Positions 32,127-41,900 of a stretch of DNA of 64,000 nt are shown here, piece by piece. The stretch lies in the NCBI GenBank assembly GCA_949840345.1, contig CATKWX010000003.1, positions 23,370-87,369 of the forward strand, in the 5' to 3' direction. Within the stretch, counting starts at the first letter, position 1; every line of letters starts with the position of its first letter. The stretch comes from an uncultured Eubacteriales bacterium. Lineage in GTDB: Bacteria > Bacillota > Clostridia > TANB77 > CAG-508. The notes below the pieces were generated by a model. The model was not told the origin of the DNA, searched no databases, and saw only the letters and a program-made list of their open reading frames with translations. The position numbers and the translations under genes are program-made.

Positions 32127-32714
32127 ATGAAAGATAAACTCACGCTGGAAAGACCATCGATTATAAGGAAAAATGATGCAATTGACTTCATAAACGAATT
32201 TAAGCAATACAAATCTGATACTGATGGAGATGGAGGATTAGACAGATATTTGAATAATTATGAAGAATGGTTAAAAAAATTAGAAAATGATAGAAATACA
32301 TTACCATTTGAAGAAAAAATTTCGTCTGAAACATACTTTTTAGTTAGAGAAAGTGATAAAAGAATACTTGGGATGTGTAACATAAGATTTAATTTAAATA
32401 AAAAACTAATTGAACTTAATGCTTGGCATATAGGTTATTGCATTAGACCTACAGAAAGAAGAAAAGGATATGCTAAAGAAATGCTATTTTTAGCTTTAGA
32501 AGAATGTAAGAAACATAATATGAAGGAAGTTATAATCGGATGTGATAAAGATAATATCGGATCATCTAAAACAATAACTAGTTTTCCTTCAAAACTAATT
32601 AAAGAATATATGGATATAAAATACTATAATTGTATACAACAACAATTTCTAATAGACGTTAACAAAGCTATAAAATATTATAATGAATTAAATAATAATA
32701 AAAGTGGAGAGTAG
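32127..32714 (+). CDS. GNAT-family N-acetyltransferase
   Basis: 195 aa. Acetyl-CoA-binding-like RRKGYAKEML motif. Confidence 0.65.
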   Translation: MKDKLTLERPSIIRKNDAIDFINEFKQYKSDTDGDGGLDRYLNNYEEWLKKLENDRNTLPFEEKISSETYFLVRESDKRILGMCNIRFNLNKKLIELNAWHIGYCIRPTERRKGYAKEMLFLALEECKKHNMKEVIIGCDKDNIGSSKTITSFPSKLIKEYMDIKYYNCIQQQFLIDVNKAIKYYNELNNNKSGE

Positions 32715-32766
32715 TACATACTCTTCACTTTTCACTCTTATCTCTTAATTCTCGCGAAAGCAAGTC

Positions 32767-32842
32767 TGGTGGGCAATCGGGGGGTCGAACCCCGGACCTT
32801 CTGATTAAGAGTCAGCTGCTCTACCAACTGAGCTAATCACCC
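32767..32842 (-). tRNA. tRNA-Lys (anticodon CUU)
   Basis: The reverse complement folds as a cloverleaf: D-arm GCTC-AGTTGGTA-GAGC, anticodon loop CTCTTAA, T-arm CGGGG-TTCGACC-CCCCG, encoded CCA. Acceptor stem needs two G-U pairs and the anticodon stem has one mismatch. Confidence 0.7.
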
Positions 32843-32963
32843 ATAAACTTAAATACGAAAGTAATTATAATACATAATAAACATAATTGTCAAGATATTG
32901 AGGGAAATTTACACTTGCCAAAATATCCTAAAAATGATATATTAATCTATACGTAAAAAGGAG

Positions 32964-33100
32964 AAATATATTGCAAACTTCGGACGACCTTTTGCATTGC
33001 CCCTACGATAAATATATTGCAAAATTGTAGGGGCAGCACGTTTAAAGGTAATACCCACTATACGTGACACCACTGTGCTTGTTTTAATATATTTGCAAAT
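32964..33100. repeat. BIME-like cluster R6: inverted REP (gcaatgcaaaaggtcgtccgaag ... cccctac), linker ataaatatattgcaaaat, forward REP (gtaggggcagcacg...cgtgacaccactgtgc), then a second linker variant that carries the RBS of the ABC gene
   Basis: Head-to-head GTAG units around the conserved linker. Ends in atatatttgcaaatttcagggagg 11 nt before ATG 33118. Confidence 0.75.
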
Positions 33101-33117
33101 TTCAGGGAGGAAAATAA

Positions 33118-35362
33118 ATGTTCAAAGTACTAAAAAATCTAAAAAACTCACTAGTATCAGTAATAATAATTGTTGCTCTATTATGCATACAGGCAATGGC
33201 AGATTTGGCTTTACCAGATTATACTTCTAAAGTAGTAAATACAGGAATACAAGCTCGGAGGAATAGAAAGCATTGTACCAGAGGCAATTAGAAAAGAGCA
33301 AATGGAGAATCTACTAGTATTTACATTAGAAGATGATAAGATATTAGAAAATTATTCATTAATAACAAAGAAAAATATATCTGAAAAAGATTATGAGAAG
33401 TATTTAAAAAAATATCCGAACTTAGAAAAAGAAGATATATATGTATTAAATAAAATAAGTAAAAAGAAAAAGGAAGACTTAAAAAACACTATTATAAAGC
33501 CTCTTTTAGCATTAAATATATTAAGCAATAAAGAAGAAAATGCTATGTTAATTAATGGTATGATACAAATAGTACCAGAAGAATATAGAGAGGGTGTTTT
33601 AAATTTAGATATAAATAGCGTAAAACAAATACCAGAAGATAAGTTAGTAGGTTTTGTTGATATAGCTTATTCAATGATAGAAAATGGATTTGGAACAATG
33701 CTTGACCAATTAGCAATATCTGCTACAAGACATGAATATATAGAGCTTGGAATAAATATGGATGATTATCAAACAAGATACATATTTAAAGTTGGGGCGC
33801 AAATGTTAGGAATTGCCCTAGTTAGTATGGTATCAGCAATATCAATAATGTTATTATCATCAAGAGTTGCTGCAAGATTAAGTAGAAATTTAAGAGATAA
33901 AGTATTTAAAAAAGTTTTAGGTTTTTCTAGCAAGGAATTTAGAGAATTTTCAACAGCTTCATTAATCACGAGAAGTACAAACGATATTCAGCAAATACAA
34001 ATGCTAATATCAATGTTATTTAGAGTTGTTGTATATGCGCCAATAATGGGAATTGGAGGATTCTTAAGGGTACTTGGAAACAGTAATACATCAATGGCAT
34101 GGATTATAGGAATGGCAATTTTAGCAATACTTGCAATTGTTATGACATTATTTATAGTAGCAATGCCTAAATTTAAAAAATTACAAGATTTAATAGACAG
34201 ACTAAATCTTGTATCAAGAGAAATATTAACAGGTTTACCAGTTATTAGAGCTTTTAATACAGAAAAGAAAGAAGAAGGAAGATTTGACACAGCAAATAAA
34301 GATTTAATGAAAACAAATATATTTGTAAATACAGCAATGAGCGTAATGATGCCAGCATTAATGCTAGTAATGAATGTTATTGCAATAGTAATAGTATGGT
34401 TTGGAGGAAAAAACGTAGATGCAGGGGTAATGCAAGTAGGAGATATGATGGCATTTATACAATACACAATGCAAATAGTAATGTCTTTCTTAATGATATC
34501 TATGATATCTATAATGTTACCAAGAGCTTCTGTTTCTGCTAATCGTATTAATGAGATATTAGAAACAGAGCCAAATATTAAAGAGCCAGAAAAGGAATTA
34601 GAATTTAAACCAGAAAAGACTGGATATGTAGAATTTAAAAATGTGTCTTTTAGGTATCCAGATGCAGATACAGAAATATTAACAGATATAAACTTTGTAG
34701 CGAAACCAGGGGAGACAACAGCAATAATAGGTAGTACAGGAAGCGGTAAATCTACTGTAGTAAATTTAATACCTCGTTTTTATGATGTAACAGGTGGAGA
34801 ATTATTAGTAGATGGAGTTAATGTAAAAGATATATCTGGAAAGAAGTTAAGAGAGAAAATAGGTTTTGTACCACAAAAGGGTATGTTATTTTCAGGAACA
34901 ATAGAGTCGAATATAAAATATGGTAGAGACGATATAACAGACGAACAAATGGAATGGGCGGCTAGTATCGCACAAGCAGATGAATTTATATTAAAAAAGC
35001 AAGATGGATATGTATCTGAAATAGCACAAGGTGGAAGCAATGTTTCAGGTGGACAAAAACAACGTTTATCAATAGCAAGAGCAATTGCAATTAATCCAGA
35101 AATATTAATATTTGACGATAGTTTTTCAGCATTAGACTTTAAAACAGATGCAAAATTAAGAGAGGAACTAGCAAAGAACACTGAAAATAAAACAGTAATA
35201 ATAGTAGCGCAAAGAATTAGCACAGTATTAAATGCTGAACAAATAATAGTTTTAGAAGAAGGAAAGATAGTAGGACTAGGACGCCACGAAGAATTAATGA
35301 AGAATTGCGAAACTTATAGGCAGATTGCATTATCACAATTATCAGAAGAAGAACTAGGCTAA
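33118..35362 (+). CDS. ABC transporter, fused permease-ATPase (exporter type) with ~150-aa N-terminal extension. +1 frameshift at 33256-33258.
   Basis: ATG 33118 (RBS AGGGAGG) encodes MFKVLKNLKNSLVSVIIIVALLCIQAMADLALPDYTSKVVNTGIQA. Deleting one base at gctCGGagg joins it in frame to the 33302..35362 ORF (...GGIESIVPEAIRKEQMENL...). Walker A GSTGSGKST, signature VSGGQKQR, Walker B ILIFDD. Confidence 0.8.
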
Positions 35363-35496
35363 TTTCAAAAATAATCAGCATCTTGCGTTGTTAAAATTTA
35401 TTTAAAAATCCTTTGGCGTACAATCGTACGCCTCCGGTATTTTAAATAAATTTTGCTTAAGCAATATACTAATTCTTTTTGAAATTAAAAATTACA

Positions 35497-35626
35497 AATG
35501 AATAATTATTGTAGGGGCACCGTTTGCGGGAATACCCGTGATACGTGACACCACTGTGCCCTAAATGAACATATACAACAAAATATATTGCAAACATTGT
35601 AGGGGTCGATGCCCACATCGACCCGT
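35497..35626. repeat. REP/BIME-like cluster R7 (ggggcaccgtttgcgggaatacccgtgatacgtgacaccactgtgccc compound hairpin; linker aaaatatattgcaaacat; ggggtcgatgcccacatcgaccc)
   Basis: The same compound hairpin recurs at 45541-45588 and 48850-48897 with compensatory changes. Confidence 0.75.
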
Positions 35627-35652
35627 ATATTAATTAATATAGGAGGAACAAA

Positions 35653-37494
35653 ATGGAACATAAACCGAAAAGATTTGGACCAGGAGCTAAAAATGCAAGA
35701 GTAGTAGAAAAGGCCAAAGATTTTAAAGGAACAACAAAAAAATTAGTAAAAGACTACTTATCACAATACAAATTGAAGTTAATAATAGTATTTATATTTG
35801 CTATTGGAAGTACTATATTTGCTATTGTAGGTCCAAAGATATTAGGAAATGCTACAACAGAAATATTTAATGGGTTAATTAGTAAAATATCTGGTGGAAG
35901 CGGAATAGATTTTGGAAAAATTGGTGGAATATTGATAACTCTGTTAATACTATATGTAATAAGCACATTTTTCTCATTAATACAAGGATTTACAATGACA
36001 CATGTAGCACAAAAACTTACATATAGATTAAGAACAGATTTAGTAAAAAAGATAAATAAGTTGCCAATGAGTTACTTTGATAAAAAAACAAATGGAGAAG
36101 TATTATCAATAATAACAAATGACATAGATACTCTAAGCCAGAACTTAAACCAAAGTGTTACACAAATTATAACATCAATATGCACAATTATAGGAATTGC
36201 AATAATGATGATTTCAATAAGTGTTCCAATGACATTAATATCAATATTAATACTACCAATTTCAGGAATAATTGTAGGTTTAATTGCTAAAAAATCTCAG
36301 AAATATTTTAAAAAGCAACAAGATTATTTAGGTCACGTAAATGGTCAAGTAGAAGAAGTTTATGGAGGGCACCTAATAGTAAAAGCATTTAATGGAGAAG
36401 AAAAAGCCATAAAGGAATTTACAAAAGCGAATGAAGAATTATATCATTCAGCTTGGAAATCTCAATTTTTATCAGGTGTAATGCATCCTATAATGAATTT
36501 TATTGGAAATGTCGGATATGTAGCAGTAGCAATACTTGGAGGATACTATGCAGCACAAGGAATAATAACAGTAGGAAACATACAGTCTTTTATACAATAC
36601 AACAAACAATTTACACAGCCGATAGGTCAAATTGCTCAAATATCTAGTATGATACAATCTATGATAGCTTCAGCAGAAAGGGTATTTGAATTTTTAGAAG
36701 AGCCAGAAGAAAGAGAAACTAATAAAGGTAATATCGATGAAAACAATATTAAAGGAAATATTGAATTTAAAAATGTCGAGTTTAAGTATGACAATTCAGA
36801 TAGAACAATAATAAATAACTTTTCAGCTGAAATTAAACAAGGACAAAAAATTGCTATAGTAGGACCAACAGGTGCTGGAAAGACTACAATTGTAAAACTT
36901 CTGATGAGATTTTATGATGTAAATAAAGGCGAAATAATAATAGATGGGCATAATATAAAAGATTTTACAAGAGGAGATTTAAGAAAACAATTTGGTATGG
37001 TGCTTCAAGACACTTGGCTATTTGGAGGAACTATAAAAGATAATATAAAATACGGAAAACCAGATGCAACACAAGCAGAAGTAATAGAAGCAGCTAAGGC
37101 AGCAAATGTACATCACTTTATAAAAACATTACCAAATTCATACGATATGGTAATAAATGAGGAAAGTACGAACATATCAGCAGGGCAAAAGCAATTGTTA
37201 ACAATAGCAAGAGTAATACTTACAGATCCTAAGATACTAATATTAGATGAAGCAACAAGCTCAATAGACACAAGAACAGAGCTACAAATACAATCAGCAA
37301 TGGATAATTTAATGAAGGGAAGAACAAGCTTCATAATAGCACATAGATTATCAACAATAAAAAATGCAGATTTAATACTAGTAATGAATAATGGAGATAT
37401 AGTAGAAAAAGGAACTCACGAAGAGTTGTTAAGTAAAAAAGGATTTTATGCAGAGTTGTATAATTCACAATTTACTGAAGAAGAAGCAGGGTAA
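35653..37494 (+). CDS. ABC transporter, fused permease-ATPase (exporter). Likely heterodimer partner of 33118..35362.
   Basis: 613 aa. Six TM segments plus NBD (GPTGAGKTT, ISAGQKQLL, ILILDEATS). Confidence 0.85.
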   Translation: MEHKPKRFGPGAKNARVVEKAKDFKGTTKKLVKDYLSQYKLKLIIVFIFAIGSTIFAIVGPKILGNATTEIFNGLISKISGGSGIDFGKIGGILITLLILYVISTFFSLIQGFTMTHVAQKLTYRLRTDLVKKINKLPMSYFDKKTNGEVLSIITNDIDTLSQNLNQSVTQIITSICTIIGIAIMMISISVPMTLISILILPISGIIVGLIAKKSQKYFKKQQDYLGHVNGQVEEVYGGHLIVKAFNGEEKAIKEFTKANEELYHSAWKSQFLSGVMHPIMNFIGNVGYVAVAILGGYYAAQGIITVGNIQSFIQYNKQFTQPIGQIAQISSMIQSMIASAERVFEFLEEPEERETNKGNIDENNIKGNIEFKNVEFKYDNSDRTIINNFSAEIKQGQKIAIVGPTGAGKTTIVKLLMRFYDVNKGEIIIDGHNIKDFTRGDLRKQFGMVLQDTWLFGGTIKDNIKYGKPDATQAEVIEAAKAANVHHFIKTLPNSYDMVINEESTNISAGQKQLLTIARVILTDPKILILDEATSSIDTRTELQIQSAMDNLMKGRTSFIIAHRLSTIKNADLILVMNNGDIVEKGTHEELLSKKGFYAELYNSQFTEEEAG

Positions 37495-37509
37495 ATGGTA
37501 GATTAGCTA

Positions 37510-37662
37510 CGAAGCGGGTGCCGAATGAATAGTGAATAGTGAATAATGAATAATTACTGTAGGGGCACACCGATGGTGTGCCCTAAATGCATATACAACG
37601 AAACATATTGCAAATGCCGTAGGGAACGACGCCCTCGTCGTTCCGCTGATATCACTGTGCCC
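37510..37662. repeat. REP/BIME-like cluster R8 with tandem heptamer tract (tgaatag/tgaataa x4), ggggcacaccgatggtgtgccc, linker, gggaacgacgccctcgtcgttcc ... cactgtgccc
   Basis: Contains aatgaatagtgaatagtgaataatgaataatt followed by two GTAG-headed palindromes. Confidence 0.75.
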
Positions 37663-37702
37663 TTATGTTTAAAAGCCAAAACAACAAATTTACATAAAGT
37701 AG

Positions 37703-37731
37703 TTGACATAATTGCAAAAATAAGTTATAAT
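37703..37731 (+). promoter_or_regulatory. Sigma-A promoter (TTGACA-17-TATAAT) upstream of the CAP-domain gene
   Basis: Consensus hexamers with 17-bp spacer. Confidence 0.5.
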
Positions 37732-37928
37732 AAAAGAGGCAACTGGGAAAGACGTAATATTAATATATAACTTTAAAATTAAGTCTAAATTTTACTAATT
37801 TTAGACTTAGCCAATTAAAATTTAATAATTTAAAATTTAAATCTTGAATAATACTAAAGAAGAGGTATAAGAATTTCACACACAAGAGAAAATATTAAAA
37901 AAATAATATTTTAAAGGAGTGAAGTTAA

Positions 37929-38457
37929 GTGAGAGTCATAAACTCTAAATTTTCAAGATTTATTTTTTATGTTTCAATCTTATTTTGTATATCATTAGTA
38001 TTTCAATGTTTTGTTTATGGAGCAAGTAATGTATCAGATGCAGACACAATAATAGATACAGAAAACACAGTATTAACAGCTGAAGAACAAGAAGTATTAA
38101 ATTTAATAAATGAACAAAGAAGACAATATGGACTTTCTGAATTAAAAGCATATGGAGAATTACAAAGAGTAGCAAAAATAAAAGCACAAGATTTAGTAAA
38201 TAATAACTATTTTTCACATACATCACCTAGCTTACGGAACACCATTTGAGATGTTACAAAAAGAAGGAGTAACATACAAATTTGCAGGAGAAAACTTAGC
38301 AGGAAATGAAACAGGAGTTAAGGCAGTAAATGCTTGGATGAATTCACCAGCACATAAAGATAACATATTAGATGAAGATTACGAATATACAGGAATATGT
38401 GTTGTAGATAGCGAAGTTTATGGGAAAGTTTATGTGCAATTATTTATGGGCGTATAA
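37929..38457 (+). CDS. Secreted CAP/SCP-domain protein (YkwD-like). +1 frameshift at 38235-38237.
   Basis: GTG start with AAGGAG RBS and a signal peptide. ...NNYFSHTSPS in one frame and ...PFEMLQKEGVTYKFAGENLAGN... in the next. Removing one base at ttaCGGaac gives the canonical SHTSPxYGTPFEM core. Confidence 0.7.
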
Positions 38458-38466
38458 AAAATCTAT

Positions 38467-38495
38467 TTGACAACATAATATATTAGTGCTATAAT
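38467..38495 (+). promoter_or_regulatory. Promoter PA1 (TTGACA-17-TATAAT) driving small RNA A1
   Basis: Perfect consensus hexamers. A near-identical ~50-bp copy lies at 38786-38830. Confidence 0.65.
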
Positions 38496-38501
38496 AATTA
38501 T

Positions 38502-38565
38502 AGCTTAAGCAGTTTATAGTGTGAATTGCTAGAGATATGTTTGACCGACATATCTCATTTTTTTT
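38502..38565 (+). ncRNA. Small RNA A1 (~64 nt), candidate type I antitoxin RNA
   Basis: Runs from PA1 to an intrinsic terminator (gagatatgt-ttgaccg-acatatctc + TTTTTTTT at 38532-38565). Segment 38515-38530 (tatagtgtgaattgct) is a direct repeat of 38685-38700, so it is complementary (15/16 with one G-U) to the start codon region of the convergent peptide mRNA. Confidence 0.55.
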
Positions 38566-38606
38566 GCAAAAATAAAGAGTGGCTGACCTTTGCCACTCTG
38601 GTATTT

Positions 38607-38687
38607 CTACCTTCTGCCTTTTCCTTTTCCCCATTGTTTGCCTAAAAGCAATACAATGACTAAAAAGATAATATCATATTTTGTCAT
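38607..38687 (-). CDS. 26-aa hydrophobic peptide MTKYDIIFLVIVLLLGKQWGKGKGRR, candidate type I toxin (Fst/Ldr-like)
   Basis: Own TTGCTT-17-TATAAT promoter. 5'UTR has UCCUUUUCU anti-SD and AGAAAGGAGGAG SD. Terminator hairpin agagtggc...gccactct (38577-38599) sits next to the convergent sRNA terminator. Confidence 0.55.
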   Translation of the reverse strand: MTKYDIIFLVIVLLLGKQWGKGKGRR

Positions 38688-38742
38688 AGTGTGAATTACT
38701 CCTCCTTTCTTTGAGATTTCCTCATAGAAAAGGATGTAATAC

Positions 38743-38771
38743 ATTATACAGCGTAATTGGCAAAAAAGCAA
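38743..38771 (-). promoter_or_regulatory. Promoter of toxin-A peptide mRNA (TTGCTT-17-TATAAT on minus strand)
   Basis: Minus-strand sequence atatgTTGCTTttttgccaattacgctgTATAATgtattac. Confidence 0.55.
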
Positions 38772-38792
38772 CATATAAATATAAAAATCTAT

Positions 38793-38821
38793 TTGACAAT
38801 ATAATATGCTAGTGCTATAAT
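38793..38821 (+). promoter_or_regulatory. Promoter PA2, duplicate of PA1, divergent from the toxin-A promoter
   Basis: TTGACA-17-TATAAT. 50-bp near-identity to 38461-38510. Confidence 0.6.
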
Positions 38822-38827
38822 AATCAT

Positions 38828-38942
38828 AGCTTAAGCAAGTAAAAAGTAAAACACAATAAAAAACTTCGTACCGCTAATACGAGGGTTCTTGCTATTTATG
38901 TAAGTTGTGAGCAAAAAAATAGGCTAAATGCCTATTTTTTCT
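38828..38942 (+). ncRNA. Candidate small RNA A2 (~110 nt) from PA2 to the bidirectional terminator at 38913-38942
   Basis: Promoter plus terminator with no ORF between. Its 5' end (agcttaagcaagt) parallels sRNA A1. Confidence 0.3.
38913..38942. terminator. Bidirectional intrinsic terminator (A-run, ataggc-taaat-gcctat, T-run) overlapping the stop codon of the 38924..43243 gene
   Basis: aaaaaaataggctaaatgcctattttttc. Confidence 0.65.
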
Positions 38943-41900
38943 TGTGTTTTTTTATCTTCTTCATTCTCACGTTCAATTGCTTTTAGTGAATTTTCTTTTT
39001 GTTTTAAGTTATCTTTTGCAACTGTCATAAGAAGTTTTATTCTGTTTGTCTGGTTTGCTTCACTTGCTCCTGGGTCATAGTCAACAGGGGCTATGTTTGC
39101 ATCTGGGAACATTTGTCTAATTGTTTTTATAACACCTTTACCAACTACGTGGTTTGGTAAACAAGCAAATGGTTGAACACAAACTATATTTGGTATATCG
39201 TTTTCTATGTATTCTATCATTTCTGCTGTTAAGAACCAGCCTTCACCAGTTTGGTTTCCGATAGATAGTACATCTTTAACCTTATCTTCTAAATGCCATA
39301 TATCACAAGGTGGTAGGTAGTTTTTCTTTGAGCTTGCAAGAGCTTTTCTTACATCTTTTTCTAATATATCTATTAGTTTTATTGCTACTTTAGAAATTTT
39401 TGAAGAAGTTTTGTTTGTATTTAATAACTTATTAAAGGTTATTTTATGTGTAGCCATAAATTTAACAAATCCCATAAAATCAGGAAGTATAACTTCTGCA
39501 CCTTCATCTTCTAGAAGGTTTGCAACAAAGTTGTTTCCAAATGGATGATATTTAATTAAAACTTCACCAACTATACCAACTTTAGGTTTTTTAACTGAAG
39601 TATCTAACTCGATTTTTTCGAAGTCATTTACAATATCATAAATACTTTGTTTAAATTGCTTATTAGTAGACTTTCTAACTAGTGATTTACATTTTTCCAT
39701 CCATTCATTATAAAGTTTTTCAGTCTCGCCTTTATTTATCTCATAAGCTCTATTTTTAGTTAGCATTTTTTGTAATAAATCACCATATATTACGCCTTTT
39801 AGTAAGCCTTCAAAAAGACCTATGCTTAGCTTAAATCCTGGCATTTTTTCCATACCAACAACATTAAATGATATAACAGGAATATTTGGAAAACCTGCAT
39901 CTTTTAAGGCCTTTCTAATAAATCCAATGTAGTTAGTTGCACGGCAACCTCCACCTGTTTGGCTCATTATTAAAGCTGTTTTATTTAAATCATATTCACC
40001 TGATTCTAATGCTTCTATCATTTGACCTGTTACTAATATAGATGGATAACACGCATCATTATTTACATATTTTAAACCAGTTTCAACAGTATGAGGAGTA
40101 CACTCTCTTAAAAGTTTTACTTTATATCCGCAAGCTTGTAAAACAGATTCTAATAATTCAAAATGTACTGGTGCCATTTGTGGTACTAAAATTGTATAAT
40201 CGTCTCTCATTTCTTTAGTAAATATAACTTTATTTTGTTCATAATTACCAGGATTTTGGTTTGGCTTTGGAGCTTCTTTTAAACGTTTATTAATACTTGC
40301 AAGTAATGAACGAATACGAATTCTTACAGCACCTAAATTATTTACTTCATCGATTTTAATTAGTGTATACATTTTGTCATAACTTGAAAGTATTTCTTCA
40401 ACTTGGTCTGTTGTAACTGCATCTACACCACAACCAAAAGAATTTAATTGTACTAATTCTAAATTTTTATTTTTCCCTACAACTTCTGCTGCAGCATAAA
40501 GCCTAGCATGGAACATCCATTGATCAACAACTCTAATAGGCCTTTTTGCTTCACCTAAATGTGCAATAGAGTCTTCAGATAACACACATAACCCAAGGCT
40601 TGTAATAAGAGTGTCGATACCGTGATTTATTTCTGGGTCAACGTGATATGGTCTTCCTGATAGTACAATACCTTTTTGATTATTTTCTTCTATGTATTTT
40701 AATATTTCTTCACCTTTTTTATGAACGTCATCTCTAAATTTTTGGTATTCTTCTTCTGCCTTTATTGCAGCGTTTGTAAGTTCTTTCTTATTAAAGTTAT
40801 AACATTTAAATTCATCTAGTTCTAATATTTTCTTAACAAGGTTTTTAGTATCCATTGGTAAGAAAGGATTTATAAACTTAATATCTTTTAATTCCTCAAC
40901 ATTGTTTTTTATAACTTCTGAATAAGATATAACAATAGGGCAATTGTAGTGGTTATCTGCCTTTTCATATTCCTTACGTGAATATGGAATACAAGGATAA
41001 AATATGGTTTTAATACCTTGGTCAATTAGGCTAATTATATGACCGTGTACAAGTTTTGCAGGATAACAAACAGATTCAGAAGGCATAGATTCCATACCTT
41101 TTTCATAAGTTTTCCTATTACTTTTTTCAGATAAAACAACTCTAAAGCCTAAATTTGTAAGGAAGGTAAACCAAAATGGATAATCTTCGTACATATTTAA
41201 AACCCTAGGTATACCAATTGTTCCTCTAGCAGCTTTTTCTTCAGATAAAGGTTCATAATTAAATAATCTATTAAACTTATATTGATACATATTAGGTAAT
41301 TTTGAATTTTCTGTAACATTTCCTGAGCCTCTCTCGCATCTATTTCCGGAAATGAACTTCTTTCCATTGCTAAATGCATTAACTGTAAGAAGACAGTTGT
41401 TTTCACAACGACCACACCTAACATGGGTAACTTTAACATTAACACTATCTAAATCTTTTAAACTAGTTATTGTAGATACATATGTCATGTCCATATTAGC
41501 TTCATATTGTTCTTTTGAAAGCAATGCCATACCATAAGCACCCATTAATCCTGCAATATTAGGACGAATAACTTCTTTTCCAACAGTTAATTCAAATGCA
41601 CGAAGTACTGCATCATTATAGAAAGTACCACCTTGAACTACTATATGATTTCCCAAAGTTTCAACGTCTCTTACCTTCATAACTTTTTGAATAGCATTTT
41701 TAACAACAGAGTAAGAAAGTCCTGCAGAAATATCTCCAACAGAATAGCCTTCTTTTTGTGATTGCTTTATTTTTGAATTCATAAATACTGTACAACGTGA
41801 GCCTAAAGGTGCTGGTCTTCTAGACTGTAAAGCTTCTTCAACAAATTCACTAATAGAAATATTTAGGCTACTTGCAAAAGTTTGTATAAATGAACCACAA

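Noticed and set aside
35414-35440. Hairpin ggcgtacaatcgtacgcc after the first ABC gene as an intrinsic terminator
   Set aside because: The stem is good but no clean T-run follows (tccggtatttt). Left unannotated.
38440-38634. 64-aa minus-strand ORF (MGKRKRQKVEIPEWQ...)
   Set aside because: It would read through two terminator hairpins, the sRNA A1 region and promoter PA1. The compact 26-codon ORF with its own RBS in the other frame is the better coding candidate.
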